A stretch of DNA of 62,233 nt, filler included. It is 5 parts of 5 records of this genome, joined end to end, with 100 filler letters (N's around TTAATTAATTAA, not from the genome) between each part and the next. Parts side by side here need not be neighbours in the genome. Positions count along the whole stretch, not along the records: positions 32,291 to 50,652 come from DRR378314_2205; positions 50,753 to 56,804 come from DRR378314_2206; 3 more parts are not named here. The stretch is one strand, 5' to 3'. Below the pieces are notes generated by a model that was not told the DNA's origin, made no database searches, and saw only the letters and a program-made list of their open reading frames with translations. Both the position numbers and the translations under genes were made by a program. This document shows positions 42,162 to 52,572 of the stretch, in pieces. Positions within the stretch are counted from its first letter, which is position 1, and each line of letters begins with the position of its first letter.

Positions 42162-42482
42162 ATGTTGTTGAAATCATTTGTTAAAAGCACTGTGGTTGTA
42201 GGCTTATCGTTGGGGCTTATCGCAAGCCCAATAGCGTTTGCACACTCTTCCATTGAGCTGAATAAAGAACGTGCTGAGAACCAAGAAATTATTCAACCTC
42301 AATCTCGTAACACATCGGGCCCTGCGACCTATTCAGCTAAAGATTTGATCAATGATAATGAGAATACTCTGATATATGCTCCTTCAAGCCGTGCCAGTGA
42401 CGCTGATGATGACTCTAAAGAGCGAGCAGGTTATCGCGCTGAAGAACTCAACCGTGAAGAAGGTAGCAGTACACGCTGGTAA
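42162..42482 (+). CDS. Small secreted acidic protein (related to 41465-41767)
   Basis: AAGGAG RBS before ATG 42162; signal ...LGLIASPIAFA|H. Confidence 0.78.
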   Translation: MLLKSFVKSTVVVGLSLGLIASPIAFAHSSIELNKERAENQEIIQPQSRNTSGPATYSAKDLINDNENTLIYAPSSRASDADDDSKERAGYRAEELNREEGSSTRW

Positions 42483-42524
42483 AGAGGGCGATGGTTAAAC
42501 GTGTGTGACAAATAAGTTTTATAG

Positions 42525-42552
42525 CAAAAACCCCGCTTCGGCGGGGTTTTTG
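42525..42552. terminator. Bidirectional intrinsic terminator
   Basis: CAAAAACCCCGC-TTCG-GCGGGGTTTTTG between convergent genes. Confidence 0.9.
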
Positions 42553-42580
42553 TGGTTAAGACGGTGATCGATTGATCCTG

Positions 42581-43060
42581 TTAATGCTGGTGATGGCGGT
42601 CAGCGGCGGTGCTTCCTTCTTGGGCGCTTTGAACCCAAACTTCTATTTCAATAGCGTCTTGCTGGGCAAATTCGAGCGTGATGGGAAACCGGTCACCTTC
42701 TGCCAATGGCTGATGTAATCCCATTAGCATTAAGTGATAGCCGCCACCTGGGCGCATTGTTAGCGTTTCATCTTTAGCGATTTCGATAGCACTGACGTGG
42801 CGCATTTTCATCATATCGCCTTCCATCTGCATATCATGTAGCTCAACACTTTCGCTCACAGGTGTCTGTGCGCTGACCAGGGTGACGGACTCTGTATGAG
42901 CCGTAATATCCAGATAAGCGGCACCATTTGTCACACCGGGGGGCGTTGGCGTGGCAAAAGGATGAGCGATCCTTAGCTGGTCGGTTTGAACGTCGTGAGC
43001 CGATGCGAAAGAGATTGAGCCAGTGAGGAGAGCCGTCAACCAGAGTGCGCGGGTCAGCAT
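42581..43060 (-). CDS. Periplasmic copper chaperone PCu(A)C
   Basis: Signal peptide, ELH.M......M.M, PGG.HLMLMGL. Confidence 0.92.
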   Translation of the reverse strand: MLTRALWLTALLTGSISFASAHDVQTDQLRIAHPFATPTPPGVTNGAAYLDITAHTESVTLVSAQTPVSESVELHDMQMEGDMMKMRHVSAIEIAKDETLTMRPGGGYHLMLMGLHQPLAEGDRFPITLEFAQQDAIEIEVWVQSAQEGSTAADRHHQH

Positions 43061-43185
43061 GGTCGTATTCCTTGTAGGGGCCTTATCTTCTTAACAAGGC
43101 TTATGCTTAATCTTGAGAATAATAGTGAAGCCAAACAACCTTAAGGTAACAAATAGGTTGTATCAGCGTTATAGCGATTAAGTCA

Positions 43186-43920
43186 TTAGCGATGAGGCGT
43201 AATGTCGCGCGTGCCGCGGTAGTGGTCGTCCCACATTAAGACGGCACCTGCCACTGCGCCGGGAATTAAGAACAGGTTGGCGAGAGGAATCCAGGTCACG
43301 AGCATAATTAACCCGCCGTAGGTGAGACTTGGCCACCACCGTTTCGATAATCGTGTACGCATATCGCGAAAGGTAATCTTATTGTTATCCATAGGATAAT
43401 CTAAATAAGTGATTGCCATGATCCACGCGGAAAAAAGGATCCACAAAATAGGCGCTATCAGGTTTAGGCCAGGTATCCAGCTAATGATAAACAGTATCAC
43501 CATGCGTGGCAGAATATAACCGAGTTTGACTAGCTCGCGACCCAAGGCATCGACGGCGGTTTTAGCGAGCCCGCGGTCATCCAGGGGTTCACGCCCTGTT
43601 GCTTGACGCTCTACCTTCGCGGCTAAAAAACCATAGAAAGGTGCGGCGATTAAGTGGGTGACCAGGGTGAAGGTAAAAAAGATCACCAGCAGTAGGCTGA
43701 TAAAGAACAGTGGCCAGATTAGCCATGAGAGCCACTCAAGCCAGCTTGGCACCATGGTCATCGCACTATCTAACCAGCCAGAAAAGCGGCTGACTACGAA
43801 GCTGAGCATGCTGGCATAAACGATTATATTGACCACGATGGGTAGGAAAATATAGCGCCGTAGACCTTTCTGGTAGACCAAGCGAGTGCCTCGACTCAGC
43901 GCCGTCATCGCATCCAACAT
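43186..43920 (-). CDS. cysZ: Sulfate transporter CysZ (EI24 family)
   Basis: GLRRY...P, IAAPF.G.LA.KVE, Y.DYPMDN. Confidence 0.9.
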   Translation of the reverse strand: MLDAMTALSRGTRLVYQKGLRRYIFLPIVVNIIVYASMLSFVVSRFSGWLDSAMTMVPSWLEWLSWLIWPLFFISLLLVIFFTFTLVTHLIAAPFYGFLAAKVERQATGREPLDDRGLAKTAVDALGRELVKLGYILPRMVILFIISWIPGLNLIAPILWILFSAWIMAITYLDYPMDNNKITFRDMRTRLSKRWWPSLTYGGLIMLVTWIPLANLFLIPGAVAGAVLMWDDHYRGTRDITPHR

Positions 43921-43933
43921 ATTTGCTCCTTAG

Positions 43934-43963
43934 AAAAAACGCCCAGAGGGAATATCTGGGCGT
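43934..43963 (-). terminator. Intrinsic terminator after phoU
   Basis: Minus strand ACGCCCAGA-loop-TCTGGGCGTTTTTT. Confidence 0.7.
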
Positions 43964-43988
43964 ATTGCAGGAGGAATCGCGTGCTAGG

Positions 43989-44714
43989 TCAAGATTTTTT
44001 AAGTACCTGCGGGTCGATATTGTCGGGATCGCTATGGCGAATATCTAGCCCTTTGACCAAGTAGACAACGTACTCCGCCAGGTTGTTGGCATGATCACCC
44101 ACGCGCTCTAAGGCACGTAGCACCCACATAATGCTAAGTACAGAGCTAATCGAACGTGAATCTTCCATCATAAAGGTCATCAGCGAGCGCATGGCGCTAC
44201 CATACTCATCGTCAACGAACTCATCTTCGCGCACAACTTGCATTGCAAGATCGGTATCAAAACGCGCAAAAGCGGTAAGTGCATCGCGAAGCATTTTACG
44301 CACGTGCTCGCTGATATGGCGTACTTCGACTAAGCCACGGATGCTGCCGCTACTTTCGCTCAACAGTAGTGCATTTCGAGCAATTTTGCTGGCTTCATCG
44401 CCGATACGCTCGAGGTCGGACGTTGCGCGAATAACCGCCAGCACTAAGCGTAAGTCGGAAGCCGCTGGCTGACGACGCGCTAATACCCGCGTACATTCAT
44501 CGTCAATTTGCAGTTGCAGGTCGTTCACTTGGCGGTCATTGTCGCGCACTTTCTCAGCAAGACGGCTATCACCTTCCAGTAGCGCAAAAACAGCATCTTG
44601 CACTTGTTTTTCCACCAGACCGCCCATGGCCATCAGGTGGGTTTTTAGCTCTTCCAGCTCTTGGTTGAACTGGCGAGAGATATGTTGGCTGTGGCTATCG
44701 CTCGTAATATCCAT
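43989..44714 (-). CDS. phoU: Phosphate signalling protein PhoU
   Basis: HISRQFN.ELE, RRQPAASDLR, DLERIGD, LERVGDHA.N.AE. Confidence 0.97.
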   Translation of the reverse strand: MDITSDSHSQHISRQFNQELEELKTHLMAMGGLVEKQVQDAVFALLEGDSRLAEKVRDNDRQVNDLQLQIDDECTRVLARRQPAASDLRLVLAVIRATSDLERIGDEASKIARNALLLSESSGSIRGLVEVRHISEHVRKMLRDALTAFARFDTDLAMQVVREDEFVDDEYGSAMRSLMTFMMEDSRSISSVLSIMWVLRALERVGDHANNLAEYVVYLVKGLDIRHSDPDNIDPQVLKKS

Positions 44715-44744
44715 TGAGCACTCCTGACGTGATGTCTTTGGGGC

Positions 44745-45560
44745 CTAGGTAATGCGGCCAGTGATGTAGTTTTCGGTGCGTTGTAAACGCGGGTTGGTGA
44801 ACACTTGATCCGTTGGCCCGTACTCAACGAGTTCACCGTGCTGCAAAAAAGCCGTGTAGTCAGAAACCCGCGCGGCTTGCTGCATATTGTGGGTAACCAG
44901 CACTAGCGTTAGCTGTGATTTAAGGTTACGAATCAGCTCTTCAATTTTCAGCGTTGAGATCGGGTCTAAGGCTGACGCTGGTTCATCAAGTAGCAGTACA
45001 TCCGGCTGTACGGCAAGCGTACGAGCAATGACCAAGCGCTGCTGCTGGCCGCCAGATAGCTGCCAGGCCGACCGGTGCAGTCGGTCTTTAACCTCATCCC
45101 ACAGTGCTGCCGATGTCAGTGCCCATTCGATAATGTCGTCCCGCTTCCGCTTGGGTAAGCGTTGCTGTAAACGCAGGCCAAAGGCCACGTTTTCATAAAT
45201 CGACATAGGGAAAGGGTTGGGTGTTTGAAACACCATCCCAACGCGCCGTCGCAACTCGGTAACATTCATGTCTGGGGCATGAATATCCTGACCTTCAAGC
45301 TGAATATGGCCACTGTGTGTTACCGATTCATTAAGGTCGTGCAGTCGGTTAATCGCGCGTAGTAGTGTCGACTTTCCACAGCCTGAAGGGCCAATAAAGG
45401 CCGTTACACGGTGGCGTGGTAGGTCTAATGTTAGATCGCGCAACGCCATTTTCCCCGCATAAGCGAGGTGAAACTTTGCAATGCTCAAGCAGCGCTGTTC
45501 GGCAGAAAAACGCGCCACGGGTGCGAGAGCCGCATTGTTGGACGATAAAGACGCTAACAT
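44745..45560 (-). CDS. pstB: Phosphate ABC transporter ATPase
   Basis: [34 protein letters not shown]. Confidence 0.95.
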   Translation of the reverse strand: MLASLSSNNAALAPVARFSAEQRCLSIAKFHLAYAGKMALRDLTLDLPRHRVTAFIGPSGCGKSTLLRAINRLHDLNESVTHSGHIQLEGQDIHAPDMNVTELRRRVGMVFQTPNPFPMSIYENVAFGLRLQQRLPKRKRDDIIEWALTSAALWDEVKDRLHRSAWQLSGGQQQRLVIARTLAVQPDVLLLDEPASALDPISTLKIEELIRNLKSQLTLVLVTHNMQQAARVSDYTAFLQHGELVEYGPTDQVFTNPRLQRTENYITGRIT

Positions 45561-46978
45561 TCGTTTCCTCGCTGACGCCTCAGATAATGACGCAGAAATA
45601 TGGCAGTTAGATTAAGCACGAGTACGATTAATACCAGCAGCAGCGCAGTGGCGAAAACTAGCGGAATGGCGGCCTGCACATCTTCACCATGAAAGGCGGT
45701 ATCAAATAAATGATAGCCGAGGTGCATAAACTTGCGCTCTAGATGAAGGTAGGGAAACTCACCATCTACAGGCATTTGCGGGGCTAGCTTGGCGACGCCC
45801 ACTAGCATTAGCGGCGCCACTTCGCCTGCGGCTCTGGCGACGGCTAAAATCATCCCCGTTAGCATGGCGGGCGTTGCCATGGGTAACACCACCCGCGTTA
45901 ACATTTCCAAGCGTGTCGCACCCAGCGCAACGGCACCTTCCCGCTGGGCATCAGGTATGCGTGCTAGCCCTTCTTCGGTAGCGACAATCACTACCGGTAA
46001 CGTGAGCAAGGCAAGTGTTAGCGAGGCCCAAAGAAGGCCGCCGGTTCCAAATGTGGGTGAGGGCAGTTCATCGCTAAAAAACCAGCTGTCGATAGAGCCG
46101 CCTACTCCGTATACAAATACCCCAAGGCCAAACACGCCATAAACGATTGAAGGCACGCCTGCCAGGTTGCGTACGCCAATGCGAACTAAGCGTGTTAAGC
46201 GGTTTTGGTGGGCGATTTCGTTTAAGTAAATAGCCGCGAGAACCCCAAATGGAGTAACGATCACTGACATCAGAATGACCATTAAGACGGTGCCAAAAAT
46301 GGCTGGCCAGACACCTCCGCCAGTATTTGCGGCGCGTGGCCCTTCACTCAGAAATTGCCAGATGCGCTGCCCCCAGGCGATGGTTTTTTGTCCCCAGGAC
46401 ATGGCATTTGGTGATTGAAAATAGGTAACACTTGCCAGCGGCTGGCGAAGTATTTGACCATCGGCGGTGGCTAGCACTAACGTGCCAGGGGGCCGCTGGT
46501 TAACGGGCAAGGCAAGCGCATCCTGGATGAAGGCCCAGGCAGCTTGTTCTGTTAACCGTTGATCGCCACTCTCCAGCGTCATTAAACGGCCTATAAAATC
46601 ACCCCATGGGGTGCGCGTTAAGCGGATAAGGTCGGCTGGCTCGGCCTGTTGGCTAATCTCATCAATGGCAATCCACTGCCAGTTGCTTCCTGTAACATCC
46701 TGATTACCAGTGAAATAGAGCCGTTCTGCCCCTGCTCCTTTGGGCAGCGTCGTTTCACGAACTGGCTGCCCAATGACGATATCGCCTGACTTGAGGGTAA
46801 CTTCCTCTAATGGCGCTGGCCAAAAATGGCCTAACCCCCGAATCGTCAGCAGCGTTAATAATGCTGCCAACATTAATAACGAAAGCGCCACGCAGGCAGC
46901 ACAAAGCCAAGGCCAGAGCCCGCTGCCGCTCATTTTTAAAAAACCAACGTTTGCAAAAACAGCCCGCTGCCAACGCAT
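45554..46978 (-). CDS. pstA: Phosphate ABC transporter permease
   Basis: [29 protein letters not shown]. Confidence 0.93.
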   Translation of the reverse strand: MRWQRAVFANVGFLKMSGSGLWPWLCAACVALSLLMLAALLTLLTIRGLGHFWPAPLEEVTLKSGDIVIGQPVRETTLPKGAGAERLYFTGNQDVTGSNWQWIAIDEISQQAEPADLIRLTRTPWGDFIGRLMTLESGDQRLTEQAAWAFIQDALALPVNQRPPGTLVLATADGQILRQPLASVTYFQSPNAMSWGQKTIAWGQRIWQFLSEGPRAANTGGGVWPAIFGTVLMVILMSVIVTPFGVLAAIYLNEIAHQNRLTRLVRIGVRNLAGVPSIVYGVFGLGVFVYGVGGSIDSWFFSDELPSPTFGTGGLLWASLTLALLTLPVVIVATEEGLARIPDAQREGAVALGATRLEMLTRVVLPMATPAMLTGMILAVARAAGEVAPLMLVGVAKLAPQMPVDGEFPYLHLERKFMHLGYHLFDTAFHGEDVQAAIPLVFATALLLVLIVLVLNLTAIFLRHYLRRQRGNEC

Positions 46979-48096
46979 TAGAGTGTGCTCCCTAAGCGTT
47001 GATAGCGTCGGCGCAAGCGCTGTCTGACAATTTCAGCCAGTGTGTTCACCACAAAGGTAAAAATGAACAAGGCCAGCGCCGCCAGTATCAGTAAGTGATA
47101 GGTCAGCCCGCCTGGTGAAGCCTCGGGAAGCTCAATGGCGATAGAGGCTGATAGTGAACGTAGCCCTTCAAACGGACTGGCACTCAAGAGCGCGGTGTTA
47201 CCGCTGGCCATTAACACAATCATGGTTTCGCCCACGGCGCGGCCAGCGCCAATCATCACCGCTGAAAAGACCCCAGGACCTGCCGTGGGTAGGGCAACTT
47301 TCCACAGTGCTTGCCAGCGGCTAGCGCCTAGCGCTTGAGCACCTTCCATTAAGGTAGGGGGCACATCGGCAAGTGCATCTTCTGCGAGTGAATAAATACT
47401 GGGAATCACCGCAAATCCCATCGCAATGCCCACAATCAATGCATTTCGAGTGGCGTAATCAAGACCGTAACGTTGATCCAGCAAGCGTCGCAGGTCGCCG
47501 CCAAGCCAGTGTTGTTCAATGATGGGAGCAATCCATATAGCCAGTACAGCCATGCCAGCCAACCAGGGGATCAGCCATAAGCCTGCCCAAGAAAGCGGTA
47601 GTCGTTGACGAACGTGGGCGGCCGTCCGATACCATAGATATCCTGCTAAGGCTGCGCTAAGAGGTAGCCAAATAATGATCATCAAGGCACTGGCCAGGTT
47701 TCGTTCCACCCAGGGGGCGAGTAATAAACCAGCAATAAAACCGATGACCACGCCAGGCACCGCTTCCATCAACTCAAGCGTTGGCTTCAAACGGCTACGG
47801 AGCCGTGCGGACATAAATAGCGCAGAGTACATTGCTGCGCCCAGGGCAATAGGCGTTGCGAATAGCATGGCCGCCAGTGCCGCTTTTAATGTTCCCCAGG
47901 CAAGGGGCGAGAGTTTAGCGAGGCTGAACGTGTCGCCAAAGGCGAGCAAGGGTAGCGTTTCCCAAACAAGGAACACGCCAATCGCTAAAATTGCCAACAA
48001 AACACCGATGCCACCAGCGGTGATAAGCCCGGTAGCAAGTCGGTCTTGTATATGGCGCAGCGGCTGACGCGAGAAGGGTAGCCGAGGAGGAGTCAT
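46978..48096 (-). CDS. pstC: Phosphate ABC transporter permease
   Basis: PLAWGTLKAA, KP..ELM.A.P.V, GRAVGETMIVLMASGN. Confidence 0.92.
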   Translation of the reverse strand: MTPPRLPFSRQPLRHIQDRLATGLITAGGIGVLLAILAIGVFLVWETLPLLAFGDTFSLAKLSPLAWGTLKAALAAMLFATPIALGAAMYSALFMSARLRSRLKPTLELMEAVPGVVIGFIAGLLLAPWVERNLASALMIIIWLPLSAALAGYLWYRTAAHVRQRLPLSWAGLWLIPWLAGMAVLAIWIAPIIEQHWLGGDLRRLLDQRYGLDYATRNALIVGIAMGFAVIPSIYSLAEDALADVPPTLMEGAQALGASRWQALWKVALPTAGPGVFSAVMIGAGRAVGETMIVLMASGNTALLSASPFEGLRSLSASIAIELPEASPGGLTYHLLILAALALFIFTFVVNTLAEIVRQRLRRRYQRLGSTL

Positions 48097-48173
48097 GTCG
48101 ACATCATAGAAAAGCGAAAGCCATCACGAAAATAAGCATGCATGGTCAAGTCTCCTTACCCTATCGTTTATTT

Positions 48174-48191
48174 ATGACAATTAAATGACAG
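48174..48191 (-). promoter_or_regulatory. PHO box upstream of pstC
   Basis: Minus strand CTGTCATTTAATTGTCAT, near consensus. Confidence 0.85.
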
Positions 48192-48192
48192 T

Positions 48193-49146
48193 TCACAGGT
48201 GTTGGCGCTGAGCATCACGCAGGTGATTGGGCAGCGGCACAAAGCCTGCAGCTTTGACAATCTGCTGGCCCTCTTCGGAAAAGATAAGTGCCAGAAAGGC
48301 CTGCTCCACGGGTGGCAATGACTCGCCGGGCGGCAGGTTAACGTAAAGATAGAGATCGCGTGATAATGGGTACTTTCCTTGCTGAATAGAGCGTTCGTTG
48401 GGCGCAACGGCAGCGCCGGATTCATCTACTAGGCGCAGTGCGCGCACCATTGGGTTTAAGTGGTTGTAGCCTGCATAGCCCATGGCATTGAAGGACTCTC
48501 CTACAGCAGCAATGACCGCCGATGAGCCTGGGTGTTCACTGATATCTAGGCGGAACTCGCCATCGCACAGGGCTCTTGCCTGAAAGAGGCCATGAGTACC
48601 TGACGCTAGGTTACGACCATGCAGGGCTATTTGGCCATAGGGCCAATCCGTCGCCGGTACCAGCGTACTCCAGCGCCGGATGGGGTGGGGAGCACCGCAA
48701 GCGAGGCTAGTTGAAAAAATCGCATCAACTTGTTGGAGTGTCAGGGTATCCAATGGGTTATGGCGATGTACCGCCACGACTAATGCGTCCCGAGCAACAC
48801 GAAGCTCAAGCGGTGGGTAACCGTAGCGGTCAATAAACTGCTGGCGTTCTGCATGGGTCATGGGGCGTGACATCGGCCCTAGGCGGGTGGTGCCTGCCAC
48901 TAAGGCAGTTGGCGCGCTGGCTGAGCCGCCGGCCTGAAATTGCAGGTTGATATCCGGGTGGCGGGCGCTTAAGGCTTCGCCCCAGCGCAGCACCAAGCCT
49001 GCCATGGTGTCAGAACCGACGGCACCTAACGTGCCGCTCACCGAGGTTGGCTGCCCCCAGGCAAGCGTGCCTGCCATTAAAAGCCAGCCAGTCAGAAGCA
49101 GTAGCAGTTGATGTTTACTCACACGTCGTAAATTGTAACGCTTCAA
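48193..49146 (-). CDS. pstS: PstS-family phosphate-binding protein
   Basis: VGSDTM, GGSASAP.AL, GPMSR, GRNLASGT, YPLSR.LY.Y. Confidence 0.88.
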   Translation of the reverse strand: MKRYNLRRVSKHQLLLLLTGWLLMAGTLAWGQPTSVSGTLGAVGSDTMAGLVLRWGEALSARHPDINLQFQAGGSASAPTALVAGTTRLGPMSRPMTHAERQQFIDRYGYPPLELRVARDALVVAVHRHNPLDTLTLQQVDAIFSTSLACGAPHPIRRWSTLVPATDWPYGQIALHGRNLASGTHGLFQARALCDGEFRLDISEHPGSSAVIAAVGESFNAMGYAGYNHLNPMVRALRLVDESGAAVAPNERSIQQGKYPLSRDLYLYVNLPPGESLPPVEQAFLALIFSEEGQQIVKAAGFVPLPNHLRDAQRQHL

Positions 49147-49230
49147 ACGACACCCCTCTTGTGATTAACTATTACCAGCCTATTGCGATGCAGCAACATC
49201 ACAACAATAACCTTTTGAAGCGACCACCTT

Positions 49231-49644
49231 ATGACACCGCTGGACACCGATTTGGACGATGTACCTGCTCCGCAGGGGCAGCTCACCTTAAAGTTACTGG
49301 CTTCTCGGCAAGATACCAATCTCTATGGTGATATTCCGGGTGGTTGGTTAGTTAACCAGATGGATCAAGCCGCCGAACTGGCCGCGGGCCGAGAGGCAGG
49401 CGGTCGCACAGCGACCGTAGCGATTGAGGCGATGGATTTTTTAAGCCCGGTACGTGTGGGCTCAATGGTGAGCGTTTATACCTGCGTGCGGGAAATAGGC
49501 CATAGCTCGATTAAGATTGATGTTGAGGTATGGGTGCGTCCACCTCAGGGTCGCCATTTGGAAGAGCGGCAGAAAGTGACCGAAGCGCGTTTTGTGATGG
49601 TAGCGTTGGATGATAATGGGCGTATCCGTGCGGTGCATAGCTGA
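49231..49644 (+). CDS. Acyl-CoA thioesterase (YciA-like hotdog fold)
   Basis: DTN..GDI.GGWLV.QMD.AA, ATVAI..M.F..PV.VG. Confidence 0.9.
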   Translation: MTPLDTDLDDVPAPQGQLTLKLLASRQDTNLYGDIPGGWLVNQMDQAAELAAGREAGGRTATVAIEAMDFLSPVRVGSMVSVYTCVREIGHSSIKIDVEVWVRPPQGRHLEERQKVTEARFVMVALDDNGRIRAVHS

Positions 49645-49670
49645 GAGATTGGTTGACCATTAACATCATA

Positions 49671-49692
49671 AAAGGGCGCCAAGGCGCCCTTT
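49671..49692. terminator. Bidirectional intrinsic terminator
   Basis: AAAGGGCGCC-AA-GGCGCCCTTT between convergent genes. Confidence 0.75.
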
Positions 49693-49723
49693 GTTGTGTC
49701 GCTACTAAACGTTGGCGAAATGC

Positions 49724-50652
49724 CTAGACGCCGACATTGTCGCGGTTTTTCAGGTAGGCGTATTCGCCGACATCGCTGAATGGGCGCAGTAATTTCTGGA
49801 AGGCTAAGTAAGAGTCATAAACGCGGCGAGACTCTTCGTCATTGTCTACTTGGCGTTGGATCGCCTCTTTTGAAGATTCATACAGTGCTGCCATCACGTC
49901 TTCCGGGAAGGTGCGCAGTTGAACACCATGTTCATCGACCAGCGTTTCCAGTGCCTGAGCGTTACGGTAGGCAAATTCGCTGATCATAGCGAGATTAGAG
50001 GCCCGCGCGGCTTCACGGATAACGTCTTGCAGATCTTCTGGCAGGGAATTCCAAGCGTCTAAATTGATAGTGCCTTCCAGCACGGCTGTCGGCTCGTTCC
50101 AGGCGGAGGTGTAGTAGTAATCCGCCACTTGGTGAAGGCCAAACGCCATATCATTGTAAGGCCCGACCCAGTCCGCTGCATCAAGTGCGCCGGTTTGCAG
50201 CGAGGTGAAAATTTCTGAGCCCGCCATAGTGACGGTACTCACGCCAATGCCGTTCATCGCTTCGCCAGCAAGGCCTGGCAGGCGAAGTTTCAGGCCCTGC
50301 ATGTCGTCGAGGGAGTTAATCTCTTTTTTGAACCAGCCGCCCATTTGCGTACCGGTGTTACCGACAGCGAAAGGCTTCAGGTTGTGGTTGGCGTAGATTT
50401 CATCCCACAGCTCCTGGCCGCCACCGTTATACAGCCACGCATTCATTTCGGTGGTGTTCATGCCAAACGGCACCGCGGTGAAAAACTGTGAGGCCGCGAC
50501 CTTGCCGCGCCAGTAGTAGGATGCGGAATGCCCCATCTCTGCGGTACCCGCAGCGACCGCATCGAACACCTCAAGTGCAGGCACAAGCTCACCAGCACCG
50601 TGTACACGTATGCGCATGCGGCCATTGGAGAGCTGCTCGACCCGACGCGCGA
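49724..50652 (-). CDS. TRAP transporter substrate-binding protein (DctP/TakP-like), 5'-truncated
   Basis: GELVPALEVFDAV..G, GNTG.QMGGWF, GLK.R.PG, W.GP.ND. Confidence 0.92.
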
Positions 50653-50752
50653 NNNNNNNNNNNNNNNNNNNNNNNNNNNNNNNNNNNNNNNNNNNNTTAA
50701 TTAATTAANNNNNNNNNNNNNNNNNNNNNNNNNNNNNNNNNNNNNNNNNNNN
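50653..50752. other. Artificial contig linker
   Basis: N-run + TTAATTAATTAA + N-run. Confidence 0.99.
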
Positions 50753-50820
50753 TCTCTCTCTCTCTCTCACACACACACGCACGCACGGTGTGCGCCCGGC
50801 GGTCCGTGTTCTCCGTGCAG

Positions 50821-52572
50821 TTGAACTACGGTCCCAACGGAGCGCTCGTGTACTGCATCGATTTCCTGCTCGAGAACCTGGACTGGCTACGGGATAAACT
50901 CGGTTCGTTTGGCGCTGCGCTGGATGATGGGACACTGCGCGCTGTCTCCACTGCGTGTGCGCCGCGGTGCGGTTCCCTGACGCGCGTGTCGCCGTACGTG
51001 TGTGCGCCGCGTTGCGCGACTGCAGACGAGTACCACGGCGAATACCTAATCATTGACTGCCCGGGACAGATCGAGCTGTACACACATCTCCCCGCTATGC
51101 AACACATCATCAAGGTGAGTGCTTCGCGAGCGCGCGTCGCCCGGCGCGACGAGTGTGCGCCGTGCGACCCCGCCGCCTTCGCCCGTGCTCACGCTCCTTC
51201 CGCCAAACGCCGCTGCGCTGCCGTGCTCGCTGCTGTAGACCATGATGGACTGGGATGTGCGCATGTGCGCCGTGTATTGTTTGGACGCTCAGTTCTGCGC
51301 CGACGCCGCCAAAGTACGGAGCAGAGCGCCGCGCGCAGTGTCGTGGCAATCTCCTCCGCGCAACGCAGCACTCGTTTGCCCCAGCGCGCCAGTGCGCGAT
51401 TCCGTCGCTCCCAACTACATCCGGTCCGTGCATCACGCGTACCTGAGGACGCGCGGGGATGCGGTGCCGCGCTGCGCTTTCTTTTGCAGATGGTCAGTGG
51501 AGTGATGGCGTGTCTGAGTGCGATGCTGCAACTGCAGCTGCCACACGTGAACCTGCTCACCAAGGTACGCACGCCGGTCGCACGCGCCGCCGCCACACCG
51601 AAAGCGCTCCAGATAGGCGCACGCAGACGTGTTTGTACAAGATAGTACGTCCTCGCGACGACACCGGTTCGCGGGAGGGCCGTATTCCGCACTCGCTCTC
51701 CACCTCCGCCGCGAGCTCTCGTGCGAACGCGCTCTGCGACTGCGTGCACCTGCACCCGCACCCGCACCCGCGCGCCTGCGACACCGCACGAGTAGCAACG
51801 CTGTGCGTTCCGGGCGTACCATCGTGCCGTCTGTGCGCTTGCGGCGTGATGAACGGTTGTGTCCTATCCGTGCTCTCCGTACATCACCCGCGGGACGTCC
51901 CGCCGTAGGACGCGCTGGTACCACCAACGGCTTTGCTGACCCGTGCATGTCCCCCGGTGTGGCCTCACACGGCGAGTGGGCGCGGTATGCGTGTGTACGG
52001 TCGTTGTTGTAACCGCGGACGGGTGTGCGCGCAGAGCGATTTGGGCCAGAAGACGGTGGAGGATCTCTTGGATGTGGATACGGCGCTGCTTGCCGAGCAG
52101 CTCACATCGACGCGCGGCGAGCGGTTCCGATCCCTTCACGAAGTCCTCGCGCGATTGGGTACGTGCGCGTGCACTGCTCGCATCACCGTACATAGAGCGC
52201 ACTACTTGTGCTTTGTATGCTCCGTGCGCGTGGTGCGTGTGATCACCGTATCGGGGTACTCGCTGCTGTGGCGCGCAAGGGGAGAAGAGAGCACACCGCT
52301 GCAACGTGCACGCACGACAAGGGAAAAATAGGAACAGACAGCGAGAGCTCTGACGTGTACACGAGTTCCCTGCGTTGCGCGCTGTAGTTGGGGACTACGG
52401 GCTGGTATCGTTTCTGCCGATCTCGTGCGCGGTGTGGAGCCAGGACGGCGACGCGGAGGAGTCTGGTATATCCGTGGCGCTACAGCACATCGACAATGCA
52501 TTGCATTACGGCGAGGATACCGATGTGCAGGATGATGATGGACCGGAGCACGACGATGATTTGGACATGTAG
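50821..52572 (+). CDS. GPN3: GPN-loop GTPase 3, spliced, 5'-truncated (exons 50821-50902, 51026-51114, 51239-51313, 51490-51564, 52035-52158, 52388-52572)
   Basis: GT-AG splicing keeps the frame and gives LNYGPNGALVYC...DCPGQIELYTH...YCLDAQF...ACLSAM..L.LPHVNLLTKSDL...DYGLVSF...HIDNALHYGED. Confidence 0.88.
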
